From an uncultured Candidatus Saccharibacteria bacterium (lineage in GTDB: Bacteria; Patescibacteriota; Saccharimonadia; Saccharimonadales; UBA10212): DNA of 64,000 nucleotides. The position numbers were made by a program, and so were the translations under genes. Positions 36,138 to 45,952 of this stretch are shown one piece after another. Each line of letters opens with the position of its first letter. Position 1 is the first letter of the stretch. The notes beneath the pieces are model-generated. The model made no database searches, had not been told where the DNA came from, and saw only the letters and a list, made by a program, of their open reading frames with translations. The stretch spans positions 152,911 through 216,910 of the forward strand of contig CAZMNA010000001.1 of NCBI GenBank assembly GCA_964567555.1. The letters are read 5' to 3'.

Positions 36138-37092
36138 ATCGCTGCCTTTTGAGATGCTCCAGAATCTTTTCTTGGTTGTTGAGCATCCTGCTTAACATGT
36201 CTGCAACCAGACCAAGGGCCCAGAAAATAATTCCCATGGTGATTAAGTACACCCCGACAAAGCCCGTGAACTTATAAGGGGTAAACTCACCAGAAACGAC
36301 GTAATGTATCAATAGAAAGGCTATGAATCCTAGACCGATAATAAATGGGGTGAACCCCAGCCAGCCAAAAAAACGTAGCGCTGCGAAGTCGCGATAAGAA
36401 CGAAGAATACTAACGGCGCTGATCGCAATAAAATGCAGAATGCTTTGAACTACCTTGGATCTACGTCCGACATGGTAAGTAACGTCGATTGGAACCGCCA
36501 CAATGCGCATTTTTTTCATAGCTAGCACTTGGAAAGATTCCTGGGTGTAGGTGTAAGTTCCGTCGGTGTTTAAGGCAAATAGGGCTTTGCGATTGTAAGC
36601 TCGAAAGCCGCTGGTAACATCGTGAAAATTGTGTTTGGAGAGCTTGCTAACAACTCGTGCCCCAACTCGATTACCCCAATACTTTCCGCGGCTCATATTG
36701 TCTGGTCGCCGATATTCACCGCTAGCTTTGTCAGAGAAACGATCAGCGGCTACAAAATCAGCCTGGCCTTTAACGATTGGCTCCACTAGCTTTGGAATAT
36801 CGATTGGGTTAAATTGCATGTCCCCATCGATGTTGACCATGATATCAGCCTCACGAGACAGAGCTGTTTCGATGGCTTCACGGAATCGAAAAGCTAAGCG
36901 CTTGCTATCTCCATCTTGCAGTATGTTCGCGCCGTGCTCAGCAGCGACTTCAGCCGTTTTATCAGAGCTGCCGTCATCAATCACCCATTTCTCTATTTCG
37001 GTAACGCCAGCAATCCGGCTGGGAATATCATCAAGCACTTTGCCGATGGTTGCTGCCTCGTCTTTGCAAATCGAAAAAACAATTAACTTCAC
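36112..37092 (-). CDS. GT2 polyprenyl-phosphate sugar synthase (DPM1/GtrB-like) with C-terminal TM helices
   Basis: FSICKDEAATIG...DDGSSDKT...DGDMQ (DXD) followed by 2-4 TMs. GTG start. Confidence 0.85.
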   Translation of the reverse strand: MKLIVFSICKDEAATIGKVLDDIPSRIAGVTEIEKWVIDDGSSDKTAEVAAEHGANILQDGDSKRLAFRFREAIETALSREADIMVNIDGDMQFNPIDIPKLVEPIVKGQADFVAADRFSDKASGEYRRPDNMSRGKYWGNRVGARVVSKLSKHNFHDVTSGFRAYNRKALFALNTDGTYTYTQESFQVLAMKKMRIVAVPIDVTYHVGRRSKVVQSILHFIAISAVSILRSYRDFAALRFFGWLGFTPFIIGLGFIAFLLIHYVVSGEFTPYKFTGFVGVYLITMGIIFWALGLVADMLSRMLNNQEKILEHLKRQRFGKDSDEK

Positions 37093-37205
37093 TTTTCCAT
37101 ATTCTAACAGTTAAGGACATGTCTGATAAGAGTTGACGGAGTTGCAGCTAGTGTGAATTTGTTATAATGAATACAGATAAGCAAAAATAAAGAACTTAAA
37201 CTACT

Positions 37206-37730
37206 ATGATGAAGAAATTATCGAAATACGGAATCAAAACTTATATTGCAGCTACGATTGTTCTAATAGCCATCGGTGGTGGTGTTTTAGCGCTGAGAAG
37301 CGGTAAAACTCCGGTGACGAGTGATACTGGCTCAAGCAACACCACTTCGTCTAACGTAAGAGTACGAGCCAAAAAAAGCCCAAAAAAAGTGAATATTAGT
37401 CCATCGTTATCTGGTATATCAAGCTCTGCTTCATTGACTGCCCCAAATAGAGTCACCTACGCGAGCGACTATAACCCCTCGTCGAAAAATCAAACCGAGG
37501 TTTCCAGTTTTTTAACCACTCCAGGAGCCTCATGTTGGATCGAATTTTTTATGAACGGGTCAACCCATAAGCTGCCCTCCAAGATTGCCGACGACAATGG
37601 TTCGGTTGTATGGTATTGGACACCAGGTCAAGCTGAACTAAGTGGGGGTGTTTGGAAGATCACTGCTATAGCAAGCTTAGATCAAGAGAGTAAGTCGTTA
37701 GCTGACGTAAACACACTTCAAATCCCATGA
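37206..37730 (+). CDS. secreted or membrane-anchored hypothetical protein (174 aa)
   Basis: Signal anchor IKTYIAATIVLIAIGGGVLAL, a Ser/Thr-rich linker, and a stop overlapping the next start (ATGA). Confidence 0.45.
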   Translation: MMKKLSKYGIKTYIAATIVLIAIGGGVLALRSGKTPVTSDTGSSNTTSSNVRVRAKKSPKKVNISPSLSGISSSASLTAPNRVTYASDYNPSSKNQTEVSSFLTTPGASCWIEFFMNGSTHKLPSKIADDNGSVVWYWTPGQAELSGGVWKITAIASLDQESKSLADVNTLQIP

Positions 37731-39676
37731 TTAAAAGATATTTTATCCAGGCAGTTCTTCTGGCACTCATATTAGTACTTGAGCTGCCAGCTATAGCCAA
37801 TGCAGCGTTCAATAAGAATTCGATTATAAGTGATGCCGTTTTTAACGCCTCCTCTTCAATGTCGGCAGCAGATATTGATAGTTGGATAAACGCGCACTAT
37901 GGATCTACGAGTTGCATCAGTACTATGCACGGCTTTAAAGCGCCACAACCTATCGGTCGCACTTCCGACGGGAACTGGTTTCACTACGGTGGCGATGTTT
38001 CAGCTGGCACGATTATTTACAATATCTCGCATGTTTTTGGGATTAGCCCAAAAGTCATTTTGACGACCTTGGAAAAAGAAGAGAATCTTGTGAGCGGATC
38101 TAATGGTTGCAGCCTTTTACGGTATACATCATCTATGGGTTATGGTTGTCCTGATAGTGGTGGTTCATATAATTACTCGGGGTTTGAGCTTTATAGTATT
38201 AATGGAACAGCTGTGAAGAAAGTTAATGGGACCTGTGTTAATTTGCCAGATTATGCCGGATTTTCAAGACAGGTAGCATTTGCCGGTTGGCAATTTGAGT
38301 ACAACATGCAGCGCTCGGAAGGTAACGTAAACTGGGCTCCTAGTCTGAATAATTTTCCAGCAAACGGGGACTCCTGGAGTGATTCCGATGTTCCATCATC
38401 TCCAAATTTCTGCTATTTCGGCTATATGACGCCTGGTAATCGAGCAAGTGGCGGCGCAGGTAGCGGGTGCACGACTATTGTGCATTACAGCGGTGTGTAT
38501 ACAATAGATTCAACATCGGTAAGTATGAGTACTGGCGCCGACGCTTCCCTCTATCGCTACACCCCTCATATATCGGGGAATCAAAGCTTTTATAATTTAT
38601 ATGTCAATTGGTTCGGCAATACTTATGCCGCCCCAATTAGGATGAAAATTATTGATGCAAGCTCAACTAAATCAGGTGGCTCGGCCGTTGTTGAGTACTA
38701 TTTAATTTCAGCACCGAGCAGCAACGTAACCATTCCGTTGGCACTTAACGATCCGACTGGCGGATCGACCGACCAAGCCAGCTTCAACTCTTCTTCGTCT
38801 GTTGTCGCTTCGAATCTAATCATAACGCCCTCCAGTTGGAGTAGCGCATCCAGCAATAAGGTAACGATTTATGGTCGAAGTGATGGGCTGGCAGACGGTG
38901 ATTTACCATATATCTTAATCGCTGGAACGACAACGAGCAGTGACCCATCTTACAGTAATTTAAATGCGCCGAATGCTAGCCTGGTGAACCAGGACAACTT
39001 ACACGATGACATTGGTCTGGCTGGTGATTGGGACGGCAATGGCAAGACCGATATCGGTGTGAAACGTGGGCAAGCTTACTTTCTGAGTTATAAGTTCGGA
39101 GGCGTGTCAATGAGTAATTTCAGTTTTGGCAGATGGAATGATACCGCAATCGCTGGAGATTGGAACGGCGACGGGAAAAGCGACATTGGCATCAAGCGCG
39201 GCAATACCTATTACCTGGAGTATAAAAATGGCGGGGCCGCGGCAGCAAGTTTTAGCTACGGCCAGCCGACCGATATTCCAATTGCTGGCGATTGGAATGG
39301 TGATGGTAAATGGACAATTAGCTTATATAGACCGTCAACAAAACAGTTTTTTCTGAACAACTCGCTAAAAGACCACTCTGACGCCAGTTTTAGCTTCGGC
39401 GCCAGCGGAGACACCCCGCTTGCGGGTGACTGGAACGGTGACGGCAAATGGACAGTTGGCTTGTATCGACCTTCGACTCGTCAGTTCTTCCTCGCGAACC
39501 AAAACAAACCTCAGGCCGACATTACATTCACTTTTGGAGCAACCGGTGACACACCCCTGACAGGCGACTGGGACGGAAACGGAACTACCAACATTGGGCT
39601 TCAACGCGGAAACCAATATTTCCTAACCTACGCCAATAACGGCAAAACTGAAGTCAGTTTCACTTACGGTCGCTAG
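37727..39676 (+). CDS. secreted protein: unrecognised N-terminal domain(s) plus five C-terminal FG-GAP/VCBS-like repeats
   Basis: Signal peptide. Five repeats of about 47 aa, each containing GDW(N/D)G(D/N)GK(T/S)DIG or a variant (nt about 38970-39676). Confidence 0.65.
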   Translation: MIKRYFIQAVLLALILVLELPAIANAAFNKNSIISDAVFNASSSMSAADIDSWINAHYGSTSCISTMHGFKAPQPIGRTSDGNWFHYGGDVSAGTIIYNISHVFGISPKVILTTLEKEENLVSGSNGCSLLRYTSSMGYGCPDSGGSYNYSGFELYSINGTAVKKVNGTCVNLPDYAGFSRQVAFAGWQFEYNMQRSEGNVNWAPSLNNFPANGDSWSDSDVPSSPNFCYFGYMTPGNRASGGAGSGCTTIVHYSGVYTIDSTSVSMSTGADASLYRYTPHISGNQSFYNLYVNWFGNTYAAPIRMKIIDASSTKSGGSAVVEYYLISAPSSNVTIPLALNDPTGGSTDQASFNSSSSVVASNLIITPSSWSSASSNKVTIYGRSDGLADGDLPYILIAGTTTSSDPSYSNLNAPNASLVNQDNLHDDIGLAGDWDGNGKTDIGVKRGQAYFLSYKFGGVSMSNFSFGRWNDTAIAGDWNGDGKSDIGIKRGNTYYLEYKNGGAAAASFSYGQPTDIPIAGDWNGDGKWTISLYRPSTKQFFLNNSLKDHSDASFSFGASGDTPLAGDWNGDGKWTVGLYRPSTRQFFLANQNKPQADITFTFGATGDTPLTGDWDGNGTTNIGLQRGNQYFLTYANNGKTEVSFTYGR

Positions 39677-39702
39677 CCCTAAATCACGTATACTAGTTAG
39701 TA

Positions 39703-41109
39703 ATGCAACAGAAGTTCGATAGGTTATGCCGACAGATAATAGCTGCTGTTTCCTCTGACTTATTCCTAAGAATCACTTTAGTCTGGTTTTTAGTCCAAGC
39801 TTTATATTTTGTTTTTAGTGTCCAGTTTGGCCTGCCACCGGATGAAACCTATCATTACACTTATATTCAACTTTACGCTCAACATTGGCCGTCACCATTC
39901 CTGGGCAATAATGGTATACCGGGCGTATTAATTGAGGTTTCACGCAATCCTTTCTTCTTATACCATTACTTGCTTGGCTTCCCCTTCGTAATTCTGCAAC
40001 ACCTGCCCCATAGCTACGTGTATCTGCGACTCATCAACGTCGCTATGGGCTTTGGTTCACTATTGATGTTGGTCAAGGTCGCTCGCCGATTGAAATTGAA
40101 TTCTTTGGTTACAAATTTATCAGTTTTCATGCTCGTCAATACCCTGATGTTTGTTTATCTCTCGGCCAGCGCCAATTACGACAACTCAATGATTCTGCTT
40201 TGTTTGATTGGAATCTACTTATTTATTGATTTATGGTCCAAATTAAAAGCTTCGACAATATTGGGTTTTACCACCGCTATATTATTAGGTTGTTTGACTA
40301 ATATTAACTTTCTGCCTTTTGCTTTCGCGTTAGTGGTAGTGTTGATTGCCCGTTATGTAACTCGTTTGCCATTAGTCTGGCAAACACTGCGCCAGACATT
40401 CAAACTTAATCGTCGACTAAACATTGGTCTATCGATCTTGGTAATTATTTTGGGTGGTTTAATGATTCAACGTTTTGGCGTTAACGCAGTGCGCTACTCA
40501 AGCTTGAACCCGGCTTGTGAAAAAGTCCGCCCTATAAATGACTGCCGGCAAAGCGCTTTATATACCAGGAACGAATATCTTTATAGTCACAAACATCATA
40601 TTCCAGACCGACGAATACAGGCCTTTGCGGTTACTTGGGCGCACCTGATGGAGATAAGGACTTACGGTGAGTTCTCTAAGAGCAGTTTTCCACCCAATCG
40701 AATCATTCCAGTTCTGATGGTTAGTGTCGTTTCTATTTTCACTTTCGCACTAGTTAGAATGTGGCGCGCTAAAGACATTATGCTGTCAATCCTGCTGTTT
40801 ATCTGTTTGTTCTATCTAGCAGTACTGCTGCGCGAAAACTATGATACATACATTAAAACTGGGCGAATTATTGCCCTTCAGGGTCGCTATGCCTTTACCG
40901 TGCTACCCGTTTTATATCTGATTATCAATCGATACAACCTCGAGTTTTCCAAAAAGGTTTGGTTGAGAGCTTTGTACGTAATTGCGGTTGTTTTGGTCTT
41001 CGCAGTTTCCAGCCTACCGACCTACCTACATAAATACCGCTTGGCGACGAAAAGCTCGTCAATTAGCACTTCGGCTGCCACTCAAACTCCACAAGGACCA
41101 GCCCAGTAA
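39703..41109 (+). CDS. polytopic membrane protein, GT-C-like (DUF2142-like); paralog of 56837-58357
   Basis: About 11 TMs. First-loop motif PPDETYHY and NPFFLYHYLLGFP are shared with 56837-58357 (FDENTHL; NPSYLYHYLMSFP). Confidence 0.5.
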   Translation: MQQKFDRLCRQIIAAVSSDLFLRITLVWFLVQALYFVFSVQFGLPPDETYHYTYIQLYAQHWPSPFLGNNGIPGVLIEVSRNPFFLYHYLLGFPFVILQHLPHSYVYLRLINVAMGFGSLLMLVKVARRLKLNSLVTNLSVFMLVNTLMFVYLSASANYDNSMILLCLIGIYLFIDLWSKLKASTILGFTTAILLGCLTNINFLPFAFALVVVLIARYVTRLPLVWQTLRQTFKLNRRLNIGLSILVIILGGLMIQRFGVNAVRYSSLNPACEKVRPINDCRQSALYTRNEYLYSHKHHIPDRRIQAFAVTWAHLMEIRTYGEFSKSSFPPNRIIPVLMVSVVSIFTFALVRMWRAKDIMLSILLFICLFYLAVLLRENYDTYIKTGRIIALQGRYAFTVLPVLYLIINRYNLEFSKKVWLRALYVIAVVLVFAVSSLPTYLHKYRLATKSSSISTSAATQTPQGPAQ

Positions 41110-42456
41110 AAGTACCCCCACTGGAAACAGAATCAGTATCAAGTAGGTGAGTAGTGACGGCACTCCATTTACCGTAGCAAGCTTAACAATTTTCGCAGGG
41201 TGACCAATCTGCAATAAGGTTGTGCCTCCCATGAGAATTGCCACAAGACTAACCAGCTGACCACGCAGTTGCCGCACACTAAGTAAGCCGTAGCCAAGAA
41301 CCAGGCTAATAGACAGGATAGCGGGTAACATATAACGGAAGTTAACCGAACCGCCCCCCATAGCAAATCGAATCTGTGTCAGGAATACACCGCCTAGTGT
41401 AAGCGCTAGAATCACGACTATCCATAGGTTGGCTTGGTCGGCAAAGTATGTTTTGATCTTTCGGTTATTTACGGTCAGCCAGCCACTTAAGCCAATAGCC
41501 GACAGTAAGACCGAGATACGAGCATAGCTAGAAAAGTTGTAGTACCACATCTGCCAAAGCTTTTTATTACTCAACACTTGTTTTAGCGACATATGCGCTC
41601 GACCATACTTGGGTGGTAGAGAACTGAACCAATTGTGGCTTAGACGGTAATCTCTAAGGTAGTAGAACCAACCAATTGCCGCTGCAACCAGAATAAACAG
41701 GATTGCTGGCCACAGGCAGCTTCTTAGAAAGCGAGTAAGATAACTTCGTTTAATTCTTTGCCACTCAGCCAAAAAGATTGTTAGCAGGCTGCCAAGTAAG
41801 AAAACAATATATGGTGCTTTGGTAGCCATACCTGCCACACTGACCAAGGCAATCGCTATTCCGTTCCTTCTACTTAGGCCATCCCTGAGGATTTTATAAT
41901 CAAGTACCAGCGATAAGGTCGTTAGTGTAACTAATAAGGCATCTAGGGCATAGTCCACATTTAGACGAGTAAACCTAAATATTAATACAGACAGTGCTGG
42001 TATGGCTATTGCAAATAATCCTCTGCGCTTTCCACCAAAGACCCAACCAGCCCAGCTCAGGGCAACTGCTGCCAGTACACCCATAAAAACGTTAATTGAG
42101 CGCCCAACAGCAATGGCTTGATTCAACTTACCTTGATCAAGCATTGGCCCGACAACCGGTGCGTGAATTAGATAAAATAGTGGCGGATTAACTGAAGCCG
42201 TTTCAATTTTGAAACCAGTTAACTTCTTTATCGCTGGCGTTTGGATTCCGTCTGACCAAGTAGGAATGTGGCCATGCCAAAGTCTCCAAGTATAGTCCAG
42301 GTGTTCTTTGGTGTCGCCGCGTGTCCACCATGGGGTAGCTACTGAAACAATGCCCGCCACCGATATGTACATCAAAATAACCCCGCAGACTCCAATGAGT
42401 ACTATTTTTGGTACCGTCATACCAAATGACTTCATATCCCCTCGCCAAATTGGCAT
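41059..42456 (-). CDS. polytopic membrane glycosyltransferase-like protein (GT-C fold, ArnT/PMT-like)
   Basis: About 12 TMs. First-loop GDTKEHLDY and NPPLFYLIH motifs. The start may be the internal MKSFG. Confidence 0.55.
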   Translation of the reverse strand: MPIWRGDMKSFGMTVPKIVLIGVCGVILMYISVAGIVSVATPWWTRGDTKEHLDYTWRLWHGHIPTWSDGIQTPAIKKLTGFKIETASVNPPLFYLIHAPVVGPMLDQGKLNQAIAVGRSINVFMGVLAAVALSWAGWVFGGKRRGLFAIAIPALSVLIFRFTRLNVDYALDALLVTLTTLSLVLDYKILRDGLSRRNGIAIALVSVAGMATKAPYIVFLLGSLLTIFLAEWQRIKRSYLTRFLRSCLWPAILFILVAAAIGWFYYLRDYRLSHNWFSSLPPKYGRAHMSLKQVLSNKKLWQMWYYNFSSYARISVLLSAIGLSGWLTVNNRKIKTYFADQANLWIVVILALTLGGVFLTQIRFAMGGGSVNFRYMLPAILSISLVLGYGLLSVRQLRGQLVSLVAILMGGTTLLQIGHPAKIVKLATVNGVPSLLTYLILILFPVGVLLLGWSLWSLSGSRSAN

Positions 42457-42537
42457 ATTGTTTATAGGTTAGCATAAGCTGAACTTGTAGGCGAACGCTC
42501 TTGGTCGGTGCATTAGCTCGTAGTAAAGTGAAGACGT

Positions 42538-43716
42538 ATGAACTCATTTAAAAAGTTCCAGCAAAAACTTGGGAATCTTAAACCAGCTAAACATCGGGCT
42601 GAAGCAGAAGAATTAAATCGAGACTTAAATGAAGTTTACGCGTGGAATAAATTTCGGATGACCGATCAGCCAATCCGAGTTGCTTTGATAGTCCGCGATG
42701 GCTTGTGGTGGCCAAAAAGCTCGGCTTTCGTTCGATTATTATCCCCCCTAACTAGCCCTGGCCTGCAAGGTGAGATCGGTCTAAGAATCTTAGGCGAAGA
42801 TACAGTTGATATAGGGGATGCTAACATCTGCTTAGTTCAGCGAAATGCGTATGATGATATTCAATCTGCTAAAGAATTAGTTTCTTATTTAAGAGAACGA
42901 AAAATTCCTTTAATCGTCGACACTGATGACGCCTTTCATGATATTGATAAAAGTCATCCGGAATATAATTTGCAGCGGCAGCGTTTGGATGCGTTTGAAT
43001 TTTTAATTGCCAGCGCTCAGCAAATTTGGGTATCAACTCCAAGACTTGCTAAGTATTTCAAAAAGGAAACCAAGGCTGAGGTGCGTGTCATACTAAACAG
43101 TTTGGACAAGAGGCTTTGGTATTCAAATAAAGAGTCGGCAATGACTAAAAAACCATTAAGAATTATCTACATGGGGACCGGCTCACATGATGCTGACTTT
43201 GAGATGCTGCGCCCTTCGCTCAGGGAATTAGCCGTAGCTTATCCTAAGTCTTTTGAACTTACCCTGATTGGTGCTGTTTCCAAGCCGGTTGATGAACCCT
43301 GGCTGAAGCGTCTAGTTCAGCCGCCTTTTATGGGTTCACTGTACCTAAAATTCGTACCATGGTTCTTAGAGCAAGGACCATTTGACATTGGCCTAGCACC
43401 GCTAGTTAATTCGGAATTCAATCGAAGTAAGTCAGATATCAAGTGCTTAGATTATTTAGCGGCTGGTATATTACCAGTAGTATCTGATGTTGAACCATAC
43501 AAATCAGTTGAGCTTAGCTCTTTTATTATTCGTGTTGAAAATTCCCAAGATGGCTGGTTGAATACTTTAACCGAGTTAGTCAAGAACAAGAAAGGCTCCA
43601 GTCAAAAAAATACCAAAATTGTGAAGGCCGGCCAAAACTATCTTTGGTCAGAGCGCAACTCTACAGAAACTGGCCAGCAGCTTTACCGTCTTCTTCAAAG
43701 AGTAATTAGGGTTTAG
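42538..43716 (+). CDS. putative glycosyltransferase (GT-B-like C-terminal half), otherwise hypothetical
   Basis: IIYMGTGSHDADFEML...LTLIG and LAPL...SKSDIKCLDYLAAGILPV resemble a GT-B C-terminal domain. Confidence 0.4.
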   Translation: MNSFKKFQQKLGNLKPAKHRAEAEELNRDLNEVYAWNKFRMTDQPIRVALIVRDGLWWPKSSAFVRLLSPLTSPGLQGEIGLRILGEDTVDIGDANICLVQRNAYDDIQSAKELVSYLRERKIPLIVDTDDAFHDIDKSHPEYNLQRQRLDAFEFLIASAQQIWVSTPRLAKYFKKETKAEVRVILNSLDKRLWYSNKESAMTKKPLRIIYMGTGSHDADFEMLRPSLRELAVAYPKSFELTLIGAVSKPVDEPWLKRLVQPPFMGSLYLKFVPWFLEQGPFDIGLAPLVNSEFNRSKSDIKCLDYLAAGILPVVSDVEPYKSVELSSFIIRVENSQDGWLNTLTELVKNKKGSSQKNTKIVKAGQNYLWSERNSTETGQQLYRLLQRVIRV

Positions 43717-44599
43717 CTAGACGACGCCAGATCTTACTCAGGAATTGGCTAAGTTTTGAGGGAGCGGTATTAATGCCTAATTTTTTTTCGAGCACTCGTT
43801 CTTCAGTCGTGGCCTGTGCCATATAGTTGCGGACGTCCTGTCTGTAGTTCGGATAGCGTTGCCAGATGATTTTCAGATTGGTTTCAATTAGCCTGGCCTT
43901 GCGCTCAGCCGTAAAGCTTCTGGCTTCCAGATGATATACATACGCGTGATTGGCCAATACGTTTATGTAGCCTTTTTTAATCACTCTCTGGCAGAAGTCA
44001 TTTTCTTCTCCATAGCCCTTACCAAAAACAGGGTCGAAAAGACCAAAATTATTAATAAGCTTGCGGCGTATCAGTAGACAAAAGCCGTGGCCGGTCGGTA
44101 TTTCATTCTGGCGTGGTAGTTCTGACTTTAATTTTTCAAAAAGAGCGAATGATTTTTTTGGTGATATGCCTTTTTGGTGAACAGACCATAGTGGTATCGT
44201 AGCTAAAGTCGCATTGTTGGTACGTGGTGTTACGGTGGCAATTTTTGATGAAGAATTGAGAACGCTAATCATTTCATCTAGCCATCCAGGTGTTGGGATT
44301 GTGTCTGAGTTAAGCAGCAACATATCATTACCAGTCTTGTCGAGCTCTAGAGCGGCCCTATTGCATGTGCCAACAAAACCCAGGTTTTTAGAATTGCGGT
44401 AATATTCAAATCCACGGCGCGATTTTATAAAGTTCTTGATGTCGGCTTCTAGTTGGTCGGCTTCAGGACCGTTATCATTGACCAGCATTACCTTGTGCTT
44501 AGCTAGGTCAACGGTTTCCGCGAGGGCCTTTAAGCAATCTTTTAGCGAAGGCCAATCCGAATAGATTGGCACTATAATACTGACAGCTTTTTTGGTCAT
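43706..44599 (-). CDS. glycosyltransferase family 2
   Basis: VSIIVPIYSDWPSL...VNDNGPE...NLGFVGTCN...DSD motifs. Confidence 0.8.
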   Translation of the reverse strand: MTKKAVSIIVPIYSDWPSLKDCLKALAETVDLAKHKVMLVNDNGPEADQLEADIKNFIKSRRGFEYYRNSKNLGFVGTCNRAALELDKTGNDMLLLNSDTIPTPGWLDEMISVLNSSSKIATVTPRTNNATLATIPLWSVHQKGISPKKSFALFEKLKSELPRQNEIPTGHGFCLLIRRKLINNFGLFDPVFGKGYGEENDFCQRVIKKGYINVLANHAYVYHLEARSFTAERKARLIETNLKIIWQRYPNYRQDVRNYMAQATTEERVLEKKLGINTAPSKLSQFLSKIWRRLAKP

Positions 44600-45948
44600 T
44601 ATTTACCTGTCTTTTTTGCGATTGATGTCCTTAGGTTCTTATAGATCCATTTTGCCTTTCGGCGGGAGCGCTGTTTAAGAATGATCTTTAGACTGATAGC
44701 ACGAGTGTCGTCGATATATTGCTGAGCCAGAGTTGGATAGCTTAGCCATTGGTGAGAAATGTGAAGTGGTTGTTCGGGCTTAAAGTTTTTAATAGCTTCG
44801 GTGATATAGGTGTAAAGATCTTTGGCATTATATTCTCCGGCCATCATCGCTTGCGCTCGCTTCACAGAAGCCGGACCATGTTCGGCGATTAGGTTTGGTT
44901 GGATGGCATACTTTCGGATGGACCCGGTCAGGCTTTCTATGTCACCCGCTTTATACAGAAATCCGTTAACTCCGTCTTTTACCATCTCTGGTGTAGCGCC
45001 AGAGTTTGCACCAACGACCGGCTTACCAAGGACTAGGTATTCAAAAGTTACTCTTCCAAATGCCTCACGCCGTGAAGTCATTAAGCAAACATCAGCATTT
45101 TTAACAAAAGGTAGTGGGTTTATATGGCGACCCACAAAGTGAACCTTTCGCTTAATTTTATGCTTCTTGATTGATTGTTTGACTGTTTTCAGATATTTAT
45201 CCGGGCCCTTATCGCCGACGATGCAGAGCTCTATATTAAAACCTTCGTCGTTTAGACGTCCAACGGCCTCTACTACTTCGTGCTGGCCCTTAGATGGTGA
45301 TAGGTTTCCAATGATCACTAGTTTTAGGCTATCGCCTTTTCGGTATGGATTTGCTATTGGTTCGTCTGCTTTTACCTGAATCTCGTCAATATTAAACGGG
45401 TTATAAAGAATCCGGATTTTTTCCTTGGGCATATATTTGGCTAGGTGGCCAGCCAGTGCTTGGGAAATAGTAATAACCACACTGGATAGTTTGCCAACAT
45501 CTTGCCAAGTCTTTTCTCGTCCAATTTCAAAAAGTCGGCCATGGTCCAGGTCGCCGTATTCTCGTACAAACCAGATGTGGGGCACGCCCTGGTAATGCGC
45601 AGCTACTCCTGCCCAGGGTGAGACCATTGAATTAGTCATAACCACATCAGGTTTGGTTTTCTTAATAATTTTTTCGATCTCTAAAACGGCCATGGTGTTT
45701 TGGGAGGCTTGACGGAATTTTGACTCCGAATCAACTGGTGGGCGTGCATCCGACCAGAACGTGTAGTCCATAACATGATACTTCCAGCCTCGCTTTTGCA
45801 GTTCGCCGGCTAGGCTTCTGATAGGCTTACGCAAGATTAATTCCGGTTCTATACCGTAGTCCTTCACCCATAGCTCGACAACATCAAGCATCGAGCGCTC
45901 AGCACCGCCGAGCAGTTCTGAGATATGTGACAGTATTAAAACCTTCAT
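44599..45948 (-). CDS. glycosyltransferase family 4
   Basis: MKVLILSHISELLGGAERS N-terminus. C-terminal SRREAFGRVTFEYLVLGKPVV. Confidence 0.85.
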   Translation of the reverse strand: MKVLILSHISELLGGAERSMLDVVELWVKDYGIEPELILRKPIRSLAGELQKRGWKYHVMDYTFWSDARPPVDSESKFRQASQNTMAVLEIEKIIKKTKPDVVMTNSMVSPWAGVAAHYQGVPHIWFVREYGDLDHGRLFEIGREKTWQDVGKLSSVVITISQALAGHLAKYMPKEKIRILYNPFNIDEIQVKADEPIANPYRKGDSLKLVIIGNLSPSKGQHEVVEAVGRLNDEGFNIELCIVGDKGPDKYLKTVKQSIKKHKIKRKVHFVGRHINPLPFVKNADVCLMTSRREAFGRVTFEYLVLGKPVVGANSGATPEMVKDGVNGFLYKAGDIESLTGSIRKYAIQPNLIAEHGPASVKRAQAMMAGEYNAKDLYTYITEAIKNFKPEQPLHISHQWLSYPTLAQQYIDDTRAISLKIILKQRSRRKAKWIYKNLRTSIAKKTGK

Positions 45949-45952
45949 AAGC

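Noticed and set aside
38970-39676. Periodic DNA repeats of about 140 nt that could be mistaken for a repeat array or CRISPR
   Set aside because: They are in-frame coding repeats (FG-GAP-like blades) of the 649-aa protein. There is no spacer/repeat architecture and there are no cas genes.
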